64,000 nucleotides of DNA from Pseudomonadota bacterium (GTDB lineage Bacteria; Campylobacterota; Campylobacteria; Campylobacterales; Sulfurimonadaceae). Both the position numbers and the translations under genes were made by a program. Under the pieces are notes generated by a model. That model ran no database searches and had not been told where the DNA came from. It was given only the letters and a program-made list of their open reading frames with translations. Below, piece after piece: positions 1 through 10,630 of this stretch (its first letter is position 1; each line of letters opens with the position of its first letter). The stretch covers positions 138,814-202,813 of the forward strand of contig JAZDQA010000008.1 of NCBI GenBank assembly GCA_043797085.1, given 5' to 3'.

Positions 1-395
1 TCACCATTGCCTCCTAAGCCATCGATAAAAGCAATAATGGCTTTGGTATCGTCTTGGATCACGGCTGATGCCAAATCGCTCCCCGCTTGATGATAGGAAT
101 CAAAGGTATCGGAGATATACGACTTCAGACGTACTGATTCAAAGGTTGAGAAACTAATGACGGTTTTATGGGTCGATACATAGCCGTCTTTTATCTCTCC
201 ATCCGTAGTGGTTCCGATGAGTGCAGAGAGGGGAAAATAGATCGAAAAAAAGTTTGTAAGTTTGGTAATAAATTTGAAATCATTTTGGGCAGTAAAAATT
301 TGGATTAGAAGTTTGGAAGAATCTTGTAAATTATGATCCTCAATGAACTCGTTTAAAAGGGTATCGGAGGTGTAATAAGTGTTTAGAGTAATCAT
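1..395 (-). CDS. Partial (runs off window) signalling protein with N-terminal FIST (NosP-like) domain
   Basis: Not in ORF track. Manual translation from ATG at 395: MITLNTYYTSDTLLNEFIEDHNLQDSSKLLIQIFTAQ...LIGTTTDGEI...TVISFSTFE...IIAFIDGLGGNG. The 'IGTTTxGEI' motif is typical of FIST_N; frame is open to the window edge. Confidence 0.75.
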   Translation of the reverse strand, partial: MITLNTYYTSDTLLNEFIEDHNLQDSSKLLIQIFTAQNDFKFITKLTNFFSIYFPLSALIGTTTDGEIKDGYVSTHKTVISFSTFESVRLKSYISDTFDSYHQAGSDLASAVIQDDTKAIIAFIDGLGGNG

Positions 396-571
396 TCAAG
401 GGTTCTTTAATAAGATAAATTAATATAAAAGATTATAGCGTATATTATGTAGCTTATTTTTTTTGCTAAAATATTATTTATATTGATAATTTTTTTATCT
501 CAGTAACAATAACTGTTTCAGATTGCATGGTATGATTATAGACTAATGAGTTAACAGTGAGGAGAATGAAG

Positions 572-874
572 ATGAACCCTTCTAAAGTGATCCGAGACAA
601 AGTTACAAAACTCACCGATCTCCCAAATATCGGCAAGACGGTAGCCCATGATCTGACATTGATCGGGATTACCTCTCCTGAACAGCTCAAAGGGGAAGAC
701 CCTTATGATTTGTATATTCGTTTTTGCGAAGCATTCGGGGAGAGGCAAGATCCGTGTATGCTCGATGTTTTGATGTCGATCACCGATTTTATGAACGGCG
801 GTGAGGCTAGAGTGTGGTGGGACTATACCGCAGAGCGCAAAAAGCGGTACGGCAATGGGAGAATCGAAAATTAA
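572..874 (+). CDS. Helix-hairpin-helix protein, Cdd1/mitomycin-resistance-like family
   Basis: LTDLPNIGK HhH motif, DPYDLY, QDPCMLDV and WWDYTAERK; GAGGAG RBS before ATG 572 (ORF track begins at 557). Confidence 0.7.
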   Translation: MNPSKVIRDKVTKLTDLPNIGKTVAHDLTLIGITSPEQLKGEDPYDLYIRFCEAFGERQDPCMLDVLMSITDFMNGGEARVWWDYTAERKKRYGNGRIEN

Positions 875-913
875 AAGCAGGTCTTTTCAAAATCGTTTCG
901 CATCGCTAATTCC

Positions 914-1504
914 TTATTTTATATTTTGTTTTAAATGTTCATTCAATCCGTTAAGGACACTGTTTAGATCAAATTCTGATTTATAGACATCATGGACACT
1001 GTAGCTTGGATAGGGTTGCGCACCACAAAATTGCAGTGTCTTATGTAGAGCAACATTAGCCTCATCGACGCTCATTCCCTCAAAAAAGCCTTTGGGATTA
1101 TTGAACTCACTCTCGGGACAGTTATAGGTGAAACTGAGCATGTATCGCTTGCCCTCCATCAATCCTCCGCTTCCATAAGTCTTTGATGGATCATTTCGAC
1201 TGCGACCATCACTGGAATATGTGACCGTATTTACTCCGCTTGAGAAAATGTCATCAATGTATTTTTTACCTAGCCATGGTAATCCCATCCAAAAAACGGG
1301 TGACTGGATAAAAAAGAGATCAGCCCATTGAAATTTTTCCAACTCAGATGCTGTGTTGTAGCCTTCGTCAATATTGGTTTCTTTTACTTCATAGCCATTG
1401 TGTAGAAAAAAAGTTTTTGCTTCATTTAACAGATCTCTTGTTAAATTGCCGTTGGCAAAACCTTCATATTTTTGGTGTAGATTTAGTAATAGTACACGTT
1501 TCAT
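914..1504 (-). CDS. mdaB: NAD(P)H:quinone oxidoreductase, MdaB / flavodoxin-2 family
   Basis: QSPVFWMGLPW, KKYID, DGRSRNDPSKTYGSGGLM, YMLSFTYNCP motifs typical of MdaB. Confidence 0.8.
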   Translation of the reverse strand: MKRVLLLNLHQKYEGFANGNLTRDLLNEAKTFFLHNGYEVKETNIDEGYNTASELEKFQWADLFFIQSPVFWMGLPWLGKKYIDDIFSSGVNTVTYSSDGRSRNDPSKTYGSGGLMEGKRYMLSFTYNCPESEFNNPKGFFEGMSVDEANVALHKTLQFCGAQPYPSYSVHDVYKSEFDLNSVLNGLNEHLKQNIK

Positions 1505-1567
1505 TTATGCTCCTTAAAAGTAATCTTAGGTGAGATTTTATACAATACAGTGTTTTAAATCAAGAAC

Positions 1568-1600
1568 GTACTAAAAAGTACTGTACATACTAAAAGGTAA
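1568..1600. promoter_or_regulatory. Putative HxlR-family operator (two TACT-N4-(A/G)GTA boxes) between divergent mdaB and hxlR
   Basis: gtact-aaaa-agtac perfect inverted repeat at 1568-1581 and the related atactaaaaggtaa at 1587-1600. Confidence 0.5.
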
Positions 1601-1607
1601 CTATAAT

Positions 1608-1955
1608 ATGATTCAAGCTAACTTTAATTGCCATTTTGAGCTTACACTTGAATTGATAGGCGGAAAATGGAAAGGGCTTATCTTATGGCATCTGCTTGAT
1701 AAAAAAGTTCTGCGTAACGGTGAAATGCTTCGTTTAATGCCGCGCATCACCCAAAAAATGCTGACTCAGCAACTGCGTGAGATGGAAGAGAATGGATTGA
1801 TTTTGAGAGTGATTTATGAGCAAGTACCGCCCAAGGTAGAATACAGTCTAACGCCACATGGGACATCACTTCGCCCAATATTAGAAATGATGATTGATTG
1901 GGGTGTGGATTACGCACAGGATAAAAATATCGTAATAGTTTGTAATAAAGGATAA
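1608..1955 (+). CDS. HxlR-family winged-helix transcriptional regulator
   Basis: C-x5-LELIGGKWKGLIL, ITQKMLTQQLREME, VPPKVEYSLT; N-terminal Cys as in redox-sensing HxlR proteins. Confidence 0.9.
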   Translation: MIQANFNCHFELTLELIGGKWKGLILWHLLDKKVLRNGEMLRLMPRITQKMLTQQLREMEENGLILRVIYEQVPPKVEYSLTPHGTSLRPILEMMIDWGVDYAQDKNIVIVCNKG

Positions 1956-1957
1956 AT

Positions 1958-2185
1958 ATGGTTTCGGTTAAATATCTTCATGAGGTTCAAGCTGCATTGC
2001 TTTCAGGATTTATGAGTTTTATCATGTCAGGAGCGATTACGTTTATAAATCTTGGATTTGTTGATGGATTTATTGGGATATGGCTTCATGCGTGGTTGGT
2101 TGCGTATGCCATTGCGTTTCCGACGATATTGCTAGTATTTCCATTTGCACGTAAGCTGGCGATGAAGATAGCAGCAAAACATTAG
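1958..2185 (+). CDS. Small membrane protein, DUF2798-like
   Basis: MSFIMSG..., two hydrophobic segments, WLHAWLVAYAIAFP. Confidence 0.7.
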   Translation: MVSVKYLHEVQAALLSGFMSFIMSGAITFINLGFVDGFIGIWLHAWLVAYAIAFPTILLVFPFARKLAMKIAAKH

Positions 2186-2224
2186 GACAGAAAAAATTAT
2201 TGTTTTGATGATTAAAAAAAGAAG

Positions 2225-2301
<77 letters not shown>

Positions 2302-2473
2302 ACACTAGATGAAAGTATAGCAAAAAATCGAGGCATTTTTGATTGAATTGGTAGAATGTTTTCAATTTTGTCATGATTTGGCGTTTTTTCTAACAGTTTT
2401 TTCATAATCAAAATATGGTAACTCTATTGATTGTATGTTACAATTATTTACAATACACATAAAAGGCAAATGG

Positions 2474-3283
2474 ATGAAATTTTTTTTACTAATGGTGATT
2501 AATATTCTTTTTTTAACCGCTCTTTTTGGAGAAAATCTTACATTTGGTGTCGTTCCGCAACAAAGTCCTATGAAACTTATGCAGGACTGGAAGCCAATAA
2601 TTGATTATCTTGAAAAAGCCACCGGGGATAAGATTACACTAAAAGTTGAACGTTCTATTCCGGAATTTGAAAAAGTTTTATACAGCGGCGGATACGACAT
2701 CGCGTATATGAATCCGTATCATTATGTTGTTGCGCATAAAAAACAGGGGTATATCGCCAGTGTACGCGATGAAAAGAATTTAGTTGGGATTTTAGTGGTA
2801 CGTAAAGAGAGCGGACTGCGTGATATTTCTATGCTCAAAGGAAAACAATTTCTTTTTCCTGCTCCGGATGCATTTGCAGCGACTTTGTTGACCAAATATG
2901 AGTTACTAAAAAAATACAATATCGATGTTGACCATAAGGAACAATTTCGTTATGTCAATTCTCATGATTCGGTTTATAAAGGTGTTGCTCGTGGAATCGG
3001 TGACGTAGGTGGGGGAATTCAAAGAACATTGGAAAATCTAAATGATCCAGAGGCAAAAGAAGCATTGATAATATTGTATAAAACAAAAGCCTATCCAAGC
3101 CATCCTTTTGCGATAAAACCATCAATCTCAGACAGAACAAAAGCAAAGCTAAGGAAAGCTCTTTTAGCCACACCTGAGGATCTTCTGGAGGATTTAAGCA
3201 TAAAACATCTTATCAAAATTGAAGATTCTGAGTATGACAGTATCCGAGATATTGCAAAAGCTCTATCGCCGAATCAAGATTAA
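2474..3283 (+). CDS. PhnD/SsuA-type periplasmic substrate-binding protein, probably a sensory partner of the downstream kinase
   Basis: Signal peptide, LTFGVVPQ, DIAYMNPYHYV, FPAPDAFAAT, SHDSV, PSHPF; no permease or ATPase genes nearby. Confidence 0.8.
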   Translation: MKFFLLMVINILFLTALFGENLTFGVVPQQSPMKLMQDWKPIIDYLEKATGDKITLKVERSIPEFEKVLYSGGYDIAYMNPYHYVVAHKKQGYIASVRDEKNLVGILVVRKESGLRDISMLKGKQFLFPAPDAFAATLLTKYELLKKYNIDVDHKEQFRYVNSHDSVYKGVARGIGDVGGGIQRTLENLNDPEAKEALIILYKTKAYPSHPFAIKPSISDRTKAKLRKALLATPEDLLEDLSIKHLIKIEDSEYDSIRDIAKALSPNQD

Positions 3284-3286
3284 AGG

Positions 3287-6200
3287 ATGAGACTACCATT
3301 CCGTTATCAGTTTATTCTCTCTTTTTTGAGCATCGAGATCGTTTTTATCTCTTTGATTGTTTTTTTTAATTTTACATCACTTAGTAAGTTGTCACATTCT
3401 CTGATTGAAGAAAAAATTCAAACAGCGACAAGCCTTTTTGGTGAGATGATAAAAACTCCAATGATTACCTACGATCTTGGAACACTGGATAATCAAGTAG
3501 AAAGCTTTACCAATATCAAAAATATTGTAGCGGTGAAACTCTTTGATAATCAAAACAAACTGCTCAGCAATATCACATCAGATCCTAAATTTACTGTAGA
3601 TAGTTTTCCAGAAGCCACAGGTGATATTCAACAAGAAAATCGAATATTTAGGCTGGTGAATGTCCCTATTACGGTTGATGGTGAAATATTGGGTAACGCT
3701 AAGGTACTGTTTGAACTGACAGAAAGTCTACATACAATTGATAAAAATAGAAACTTGACTTTTTTACTTATATTTATTGAGATTACTCTTAGCTCAATCG
3801 CTGCTTACCTTATTGGTCGTAAGCTCACAGGTGCATTGAATCAGTTAACATCATCTGCAGAGCAGATAGCACAAAGTGATGATGTTATCATTCCTGATGT
3901 AGGCAAAGAGGGTGATGAGATGTCACTTCTTTCTCATACACTGCATCTAATGCAAAAACGCATCGCCGAACGTAATAGTAAATTACGAGATGTTGTTGAG
4001 AAGCTTCAAGAAGACATAATTGAACGTAAAGAGCTTGAAAGTAAACTTCTATACGAGCGAAATTTCAATAAAGCGCTCGTTGATAATGCAAATGCCATCA
4101 TTGCGGTCATTGATTCAAATGGGGTGATGAATTCAATTAATCCTTATGGCGAAGACTTTAGCGGATATACACAAGAGGAGATCGCTTCAGAGCCCTATTT
4201 TTGGAAGAGATTTCTGCACCCTCAGATGCAAGAAAAAGTTTTTGGCATCATAGAGAATGCAAAATCCGGAAAAATTGTCAAAAGTTTTCAGAATTCATGG
4301 ATTTCAAAAGAGGGGAAAGAAGGTTTTTTTGAATGGTCTAATATGTTGGTTTGTAAGCCTGACGGGTCAATGGATTATCTTGCGACGATTGGGATTGATA
4401 TTTCGGATCAAGAATGGCAAAAGATGGAACTGCAACGACAAAAAGAAGAATTTGAAACCATTTTTAATATCTCAAAAGATGGAATCGCAATTCTTGATAT
4501 GGAATCAAACTTTTTGGATTTTAATGATTCATATTTAGAAATGACCGGATTTTCCAGAGAAGATTTACTTACTAAATCATGCATCGGATTAAGTGCTCCT
4601 GAAGACGTTTCTCGATCAATTGAAGCATTGAAGATTGTTTTTGAAAAAGGTTCAATAAGCAATTATGAAAAAACATGTATTGTAAAAGACGAGAAGCGTG
4701 TTGTCATCAATATGTCAGTTTCATTGATGCCGGATAAAAAGAGAATACTCATTAGTACAAAAGATATTACGCACAAGAAAAAAATTGAAGAAGCTATCCT
4801 CTTGGCAAAAGAACAAGCAGAATATGCTAACAAAGCTAAAAGTGAATTTTTGGCAAACATGAGCCATGAAATACGGACTCCGCTTAACGGTATTATCGGA
4901 TTAAATGATTTGGTATTAAAAACTTCTTTAACGGAAATACAGCACGATTACCTGACAAAAACACAGCAGTCGTCTAAAGCATTGCTAAGTGTTATCAATG
5001 ATATCTTGGATTACTCTAAAATTGAAGCAGGTAAATTGGAATTTGAGGAAAAAGTTTTTTCCATTGAGAACCTATTGCGAAATGTTTCAGATTTGTTTGA
5101 ATATGCCATTTCGGGGAAATCTCTTGAGATGCACATTGATATTCACCCTGATACACCGAGAATGCTAAAAGGAGATTCTCTTCGCGTAGGGCAAGTATTT
5201 AATAACCTTGTCGGGAATGCTATTAAGTTTACAGAAAAAGGGGATGTCACCCTCCATGTGAAACCGATTGCTCAAACAGATACCCATGTTCAGCTGCAAT
5301 GCTCTATTACGGATACGGGTATCGGAATGAGTGAAGAAGAGCAATCAAGACTGTTTCAGGCATTTTCTCAAACCGATACTTCCAATACTCGTAAATATGG
5401 CGGAACCGGTCTTGGGCTTACGATTTGTAAACAACTGATTGAGCTCATGGGTGGGGAGATTTGGCAAGAGAGTGTAAAAGGAAGCGGGTCAACATTTACG
5501 TTTACACTGCAGCTTAAAAAAGATGAATCCCAAGAGACAGTAGCATATAGCAGCAATTATTTGCGTGACCAACGCTTTTTAGTTGTTGATGATAATCAGC
5601 TTGAGCGCGAGCTGATCGGAGGCATACTCACTTCATGGGGTGCTAATCCAACATTGTGCGGAAGTGGTGAAGATGCAATTAATTTAGCAGAAAACCAGCC
5701 GTTTGATTATTTAATCGTTGATTGGCAAATGCCTGGTATTGATGGACTTGATGTTATTAAAACTCTTCAAGAGGGCTTGAATACTAAATTTCCTAAAGTT
5801 ATAATGGTGACGGCTCATCTTAAAGATGAACTTTTGAAAGTTGCGGCAGCTCGACATATCACGGTAGAAAAAATTCTTCATAAACCGGTGAGCCCCTCTA
5901 TATTATTTGAATCCATTACGGAGACGGTAAAGTCTGAAATAGACAAAGAAACAATGTCCGAAAAACGTTTTGTTGCTCACGGTAATATACTGGTTGTTGA
6001 GGATAACGAGATCAACCAATTGGTAGCAAGAGATCTGCTTGAATTTTTTGGACTGAATGTAAGTATGGCAAATAATGGGCAAGAAGGGGTAGAAAAAGTT
6101 AAAAATCAATCCTATGATTTAGTTTTAATGGATCTGCAAATGCCCATAATGGACGGTTTTGAAGCAACTCGTAAGATTCGTGAGTTTAATCAAGATATCC

Positions 6201-6937
6201 CGATTATTGCTTTGAGTGCTGCTGTGATGGATCATGATAAAAAACTGACAAGAGATGTCGGAATGAATGAGCATCTTTCTAAACCAATCGACATGGAAGA
6301 ATTACAGCATCTGCTTAGTAACTATCTTGAAACAGATTGGATAGCTGAAGATGTGATTGTTGAAAAAAGTGATGATGTTTATGGAATCGATATGACAGAT
6401 TTATCCAATAAACTGAAAAAACCTGAACAAATCGAACGTTTTCTAAAGCTTTTTGCCCATGGATATCGTGAATTTTCACAAAAGATCATGAATGTTCCTA
6501 TCGGAAGTGAAGAGTTTAAGCAGCTGATTCATGGTATCAAAGGAGTCAGCGGTAATGTATCGGCAATGATGGTCTATGCTATTGTCAAAGTAATCGATGA
6601 ATGCGACGATGCGGACATTCAAAAAGAGCTGGTACCCTCTTTAATTGAGGAACTGGATCATGTGATAGCCTCAATCGACGAGCGGTATCCCAAAACAGCT
6701 ATTGCAGCATCCAAAAATACTGATGCAGAGACTATGCGTTTAATTATAGAAGACATCGTCTCCAAACTGGAGAACAAAGAATTTATTGATGATGATCAGC
6801 TGGAAGATTGCATAGGCAGGCTCTCACAATTTATAGACGAAGAAACAATTTCGAAAATCAATAATTCAATAGAAAATTTTGAGTATGATACGGCAAAAAA
6901 ATTATTTCAAAGCGTCAAGGAACAATTGAATGGATAA
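3287..6937 (+). CDS. Hybrid sensor histidine kinase (TM-HAMP-PAS-PAS-HisKA-HATPase-REC-REC-HPt)
   Basis: [15 protein letters not shown]-box, [22 protein letters not shown]; two receivers (DWQMP, DLQMP); HPt [10 protein letters not shown]. Confidence 0.92.
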   Translation: MRLPFRYQFILSFLSIEIVFISLIVFFNFTSLSKLSHSLIEEKIQTATSLFGEMIKTPMITYDLGTLDNQVESFTNIKNIVAVKLFDNQNKLLSNITSDPKFTVDSFPEATGDIQQENRIFRLVNVPITVDGEILGNAKVLFELTESLHTIDKNRNLTFLLIFIEITLSSIAAYLIGRKLTGALNQLTSSAEQIAQSDDVIIPDVGKEGDEMSLLSHTLHLMQKRIAERNSKLRDVVEKLQEDIIERKELESKLLYERNFNKALVDNANAIIAVIDSNGVMNSINPYGEDFSGYTQEEIASEPYFWKRFLHPQMQEKVFGIIENAKSGKIVKSFQNSWISKEGKEGFFEWSNMLVCKPDGSMDYLATIGIDISDQEWQKMELQRQKEEFETIFNISKDGIAILDMESNFLDFNDSYLEMTGFSREDLLTKSCIGLSAPEDVSRSIEALKIVFEKGSISNYEKTCIVKDEKRVVINMSVSLMPDKKRILISTKDITHKKKIEEAILLAKEQAEYANKAKSEFLANMSHEIRTPLNGIIGLNDLVLKTSLTEIQHDYLTKTQQSSKALLSVINDILDYSKIEAGKLEFEEKVFSIENLLRNVSDLFEYAISGKSLEMHIDIHPDTPRMLKGDSLRVGQVFNNLVGNAIKFTEKGDVTLHVKPIAQTDTHVQLQCSITDTGIGMSEEEQSRLFQAFSQTDTSNTRKYGGTGLGLTICKQLIELMGGEIWQESVKGSGSTFTFTLQLKKDESQETVAYSSNYLRDQRFLVVDDNQLERELIGGILTSWGANPTLCGSGEDAINLAENQPFDYLIVDWQMPGIDGLDVIKTLQEGLNTKFPKVIMVTAHLKDELLKVAAARHITVEKILHKPVSPSILFESITETVKSEIDKETMSEKRFVAHGNILVVEDNEINQLVARDLLEFFGLNVSMANNGQEGVEKVKNQSYDLVLMDLQMPIMDGFEATRKIREFNQDIPIIALSAAVMDHDKKLTRDVGMNEHLSKPIDMEELQHLLSNYLETDWIAEDVIVEKSDDVYGIDMTDLSNKLKKPEQIERFLKLFAHGYREFSQKIMNVPIGSEEFKQLIHGIKGVSGNVSAMMVYAIVKVIDECDDADIQKELVPSLIEELDHVIASIDERYPKTAIAASKNTDAETMRLIIEDIVSKLENKEFIDDDQLEDCIGRLSQFIDEETISKINNSIENFEYDTAKKLFQSVKEQLNG

Positions 6938-8177
6938 GCCTAGTATTTTAATTGTTGATGATGAACCGCTTAATCTTAAGCTAGTAGCACAAAGCTTGAG
7001 AGAACGTTACTCTATATTTGTTGTTCGCAGTGGAGTAGAAGCCCTTGCTTTGTTGGTTGACCATAACATAAATTTAATTTTACTTGATATAAATATGCCC
7101 GATATGGATGGGTTTGAAGTAGCTCATGAGCTGAAAAAACTACCAAATACTGCAAAGATCCCGGTCATCTTTTTAACGGCGGATAAGACGCAAGAAACCA
7201 TTGTCAGAGCATTTCAAGCAGGTGCGGTTGATTACATCACAAAGCCCTTTCAGCCTGAAGAGCTAAATGCTCGGGTAGACAATCATATCCGAGCTAATCA
7301 ACTCCAAAAAGAGTTAAAAAAAGCGTCGAAAAACAATATCCATTTGCTTGAGATTATTAATGCCTATGTCTCATTTATAAAAGTAGATCCAAAAGGAATC
7401 ATTCAAGAAATTAGCGACAATTTTTGTAAGCAGCTTGAATGTAATAAAGAATATATCATAGGTAAGAATATCAATATACTTAAGTCTGGCAATATGGATC
7501 ATTCTTTTTATCAAGAAATATGGCAGAGGATACTTTCTGGGGAAACATTTTCATATGATATTGAAGACGGAAATTTTTCAGGAGGAACCAATTGGTATCA
7601 TGTTACGGTATCACAGGATTACAATCATAAAAATGAACTTATTGGATTTATCGCTTTTTATGAAAATATTGATGAAAAAATGCGTTATATGTATGATGCT
7701 CAAACGGATAGATTAACGGGATTACTTAACAGAGCAAAAATAGATGATATTTTACAATCTGAAATCAAACGTGCCACACGCAATGAGTTTGCACTTTCTG
7801 TGATCCTTGTAGACATTGATTATTTTAAAGAGGTCAATGACAAATATGGCCATCAGACAGGTGACTTGATTTTGAGTGAGTTTGCAACTTTATTGTCCAA
7901 CAATATACGAGAAACAGATTTTATAGGACGATGGGGAGGAGAAGAATTTTTGATAATCTGCCCTCATACGGATTCTGATGGTACTTTTGCATTGGCAGAA
8001 AATCTTAGAAAAAGAGTAGAATCGACTACTTTTTCTGTAATTGGCAATAAAACATCAAGTTTTGGAATTGCTCAATTATACAAAAGTGATACGATTGAAG
8101 ACATATTCAAGAACGTTGATTTTGCTCTTTATCATGCGAAAAAAATGGGAAGAAATCAAGTTCAGCGTTATAAATAA
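6930..8177 (+). CDS. REC-PAS-GGDEF diguanylate cyclase
   Basis: ILIVDDE/LDINMP/DYITKP receiver; DIDYFKEVND, RWGGEEF; overlaps the kinase stop codon. Confidence 0.92.
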   Translation: MDKPSILIVDDEPLNLKLVAQSLRERYSIFVVRSGVEALALLVDHNINLILLDINMPDMDGFEVAHELKKLPNTAKIPVIFLTADKTQETIVRAFQAGAVDYITKPFQPEELNARVDNHIRANQLQKELKKASKNNIHLLEIINAYVSFIKVDPKGIIQEISDNFCKQLECNKEYIIGKNINILKSGNMDHSFYQEIWQRILSGETFSYDIEDGNFSGGTNWYHVTVSQDYNHKNELIGFIAFYENIDEKMRYMYDAQTDRLTGLLNRAKIDDILQSEIKRATRNEFALSVILVDIDYFKEVNDKYGHQTGDLILSEFATLLSNNIRETDFIGRWGGEEFLIICPHTDSDGTFALAENLRKRVESTTFSVIGNKTSSFGIAQLYKSDTIEDIFKNVDFALYHAKKMGRNQVQRYK

Positions 8178-8205
8178 ACACAGAATCCACAATCCAATAT
8201 AAATC

Positions 8206-9120
8206 TTAAATACCTCTTTTGAAAATCAAATTTTTAAGGCTTCGGTCTTCATTGCTTGCGGGGAAGCTCTTTAGATTCTCCAGTCTTTCAATATAACGAA
8301 ATTCAGGGGCATTTTCTTTAAAAAGAGTTTTAATAAATTCAGGGTCCAATTCTGGAGCATTGAGTGCGGATAAAATAGTACATTCTTCTGACGCGAATTC
8401 ATGAAGTCTACGGATGATTTTCTCATAGTCGCTGGTTGCTGCGAACGAGCCTTTTTGGAAGCTTGGTGGATCGATGATGATCAGGTCGTAAGGTCCTGAT
8501 TTACGGATACGACTCCATGATTTTAGAATATTGTACGGCATAAATTCCACTTTTTTTGTGTCAAGTCCGTTTAGTCGATGATTTTCTCTTCCTATGCTGA
8601 GAACATTTTTGTTCATATCGACATTTACAACGGCCTTTGCTTCTGCTGCAATAGCTGCAACAGAGAAAGAACAGGTATAGGAAAAGAGATTTAAGACATT
8701 TTTGTTACTGGCATGAGCACGGACAAACGATCTTCCATTTTTCATGTCGGGAAAGAAACCAATATTTTGGGCATTGAGAAAATTGAGATGATATTTGAGA
8801 CCGTTTTCTGTGGCGAACGTCTCTTGGGGTAACTCTCCTGCAATCACCGTAGAGGGAGCCTGTGGAAGATAGCGTTGTTGGACGATCATTGCGTCCCATT
8901 TTTGCTCATGATAATAGAAATCACTTAACATGGCAATAATCGTTTCTTCATCATCAGCCGCGTCAAATAATACGATAAATAATACCTTGTCCACACTGTC
9001 TACTGTGAGAAATCGATACCCCTCGTATACGTCGCCTCGTCCGTGAAATAATCGGGTATATTCTTCGGTTTTGTTTTGAGCGTTGATGCTTATGAGCTGC
9101 TGTAAATCATTTAGGGTCAT
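8206..9120 (-). CDS. Class I SAM-dependent methyltransferase, RlmI/RlmK-like
   Basis: RLFHGRG, NIGFFPDM, VLNLFSYTCSFS, IIIDPPSF. Confidence 0.85.
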   Translation of the reverse strand: MTLNDLQQLISINAQNKTEEYTRLFHGRGDVYEGYRFLTVDSVDKVLFIVLFDAADDEETIIAMLSDFYYHEQKWDAMIVQQRYLPQAPSTVIAGELPQETFATENGLKYHLNFLNAQNIGFFPDMKNGRSFVRAHASNKNVLNLFSYTCSFSVAAIAAEAKAVVNVDMNKNVLSIGRENHRLNGLDTKKVEFMPYNILKSWSRIRKSGPYDLIIIDPPSFQKGSFAATSDYEKIIRRLHEFASEECTILSALNAPELDPEFIKTLFKENAPEFRYIERLENLKSFPASNEDRSLKNLIFKRGI

Positions 9121-9233
9121 ATTTATGTATCTTTTATATAAGTGGTGAAAGTATAGCAGGAGTTGGATGGATCGCTCAGAAGAGTTCAGGATGCAATATC
9201 ATCGTGATATAATACCTCAAGCGAGGGAACGGC

Positions 9234-10493
9234 ATGGAAATAATGGATTACAGTGACCGTTCTAAAATAGAGTTTGGCTTAACTGAAAAAATAGCTTCCA
9301 AAACGATGCAGTGGGCAGTAAAAAAGTACCTTCATCTAAAAACAACTCAAAAAGTATTACCGACTGCACCTGATCAAACACTGCGTCTATTGTACATTCA
9401 CATCCCTTTTTGTCTGACACTGTGCCCGTATTGCTCATTCCATAAATTCAGATTTGACGAGCCAAGCGCCAAACGATATTTTAAACTGTTGCACAAAGAG
9501 ATGCAGATGATTCACTCTCTTGGGTATCGATTTGATTCGATTTATTTAGGAGGCGGAACGACGACGATTTTACCCTCAGAGTTGGGAGAGACAATCGATT
9601 TGGCTAAATCGATATTCGATATCCGTGAGGTGTCGTGTGAGAGCGATCCACAACATTTGATAGATTTGGAGGATGCAAATCTAATCGGTAAGATTGATCG
9701 TCTTTCTATAGGGATTCAGAGTTTTAATGATGATACTCTCAAACAAATTGGGCGATATAAAAAGTTTGGTTCTGCTGAAAACCAGTATGCAAAAGTAGAA
9801 CGTGCTATCCAGAATTTTCCGATCGTAAACATAGATATGATTTATAATTATCCGAATCAAAGCGAAGAAGCTTTGCACCATGAGATCGATACGATTCTCA
9901 AACTCCGCCCGCCACAAGTGACTTTTTATCCGCTGATGTATGCACCTGGAATTCGAGAGAGTCTCAGTAAGCGGTGGGGAGATCTCAGCGATACCAAGGA
10001 AGCAAAACTTTATCGTATCATCATGGAAAGGATGAACGGGATTTATACTCAGCGGTCGAGTTGGGCATGGTCATTGGAGAAAGAGGGCATTATCGATGAA
10101 TACGTGATCGAGAGGAGTGAATATGTCGGGATCGGAAGCGGTGCATTTAGCTTTATAAGTGATACTCTCTACGCTAATACGTTTTCATTGCCTGAATATG
10201 CAGAAGCATTAGCTGATAACCGATTGCCCATCACGTACGCGATCTCTTTCCCCTCACGTGCAATTCGTCAATATAGGATGATGGTGGAATTGTTTGGTTT
10301 CTCACCAGCAACAGAGCACTTATGGATAGAAAATACTCTTTTAAAACTGTTTGGTGGATACACAAAAGGGAAAGTAAATGCCAAAGGCTCTTATCTTTTT
10401 TCCGTCATGATGAGGGAGTTTTATAACGGAATGGATTACGTCCGCGAGACAATGCGTCATAATCTGACGAATAAAGATGGTTTGATCGAGTAG
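9234..10493 (+). CDS. HemN-family class C radical SAM enzyme, probably menaquinone C-methyltransferase (MenK/MqnK-type)
   Basis: YIHIPFCLTLCPYCSF CxxxCxxC motif; QVTFYPLM matches the QxTxYPLM signature I recall for MenK/MqnK; C-terminal MMREFY. Confidence 0.65.
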   Translation: MEIMDYSDRSKIEFGLTEKIASKTMQWAVKKYLHLKTTQKVLPTAPDQTLRLLYIHIPFCLTLCPYCSFHKFRFDEPSAKRYFKLLHKEMQMIHSLGYRFDSIYLGGGTTTILPSELGETIDLAKSIFDIREVSCESDPQHLIDLEDANLIGKIDRLSIGIQSFNDDTLKQIGRYKKFGSAENQYAKVERAIQNFPIVNIDMIYNYPNQSEEALHHEIDTILKLRPPQVTFYPLMYAPGIRESLSKRWGDLSDTKEAKLYRIIMERMNGIYTQRSSWAWSLEKEGIIDEYVIERSEYVGIGSGAFSFISDTLYANTFSLPEYAEALADNRLPITYAISFPSRAIRQYRMMVELFGFSPATEHLWIENTLLKLFGGYTKGKVNAKGSYLFSVMMREFYNGMDYVRETMRHNLTNKDGLIE

Positions 10494-10630
10494 AAATATA
10501 CTTTGAAACCGTTAAGTGAGCGAAAAAGTAATGATTTTTTTTATGGACTTCAAAATAAAGATTAATATTAAACTTTAAAATAAAAATATATTTTGCTACA
10601 ATAGTTATATAAATTTGAGATTTATGCAGG

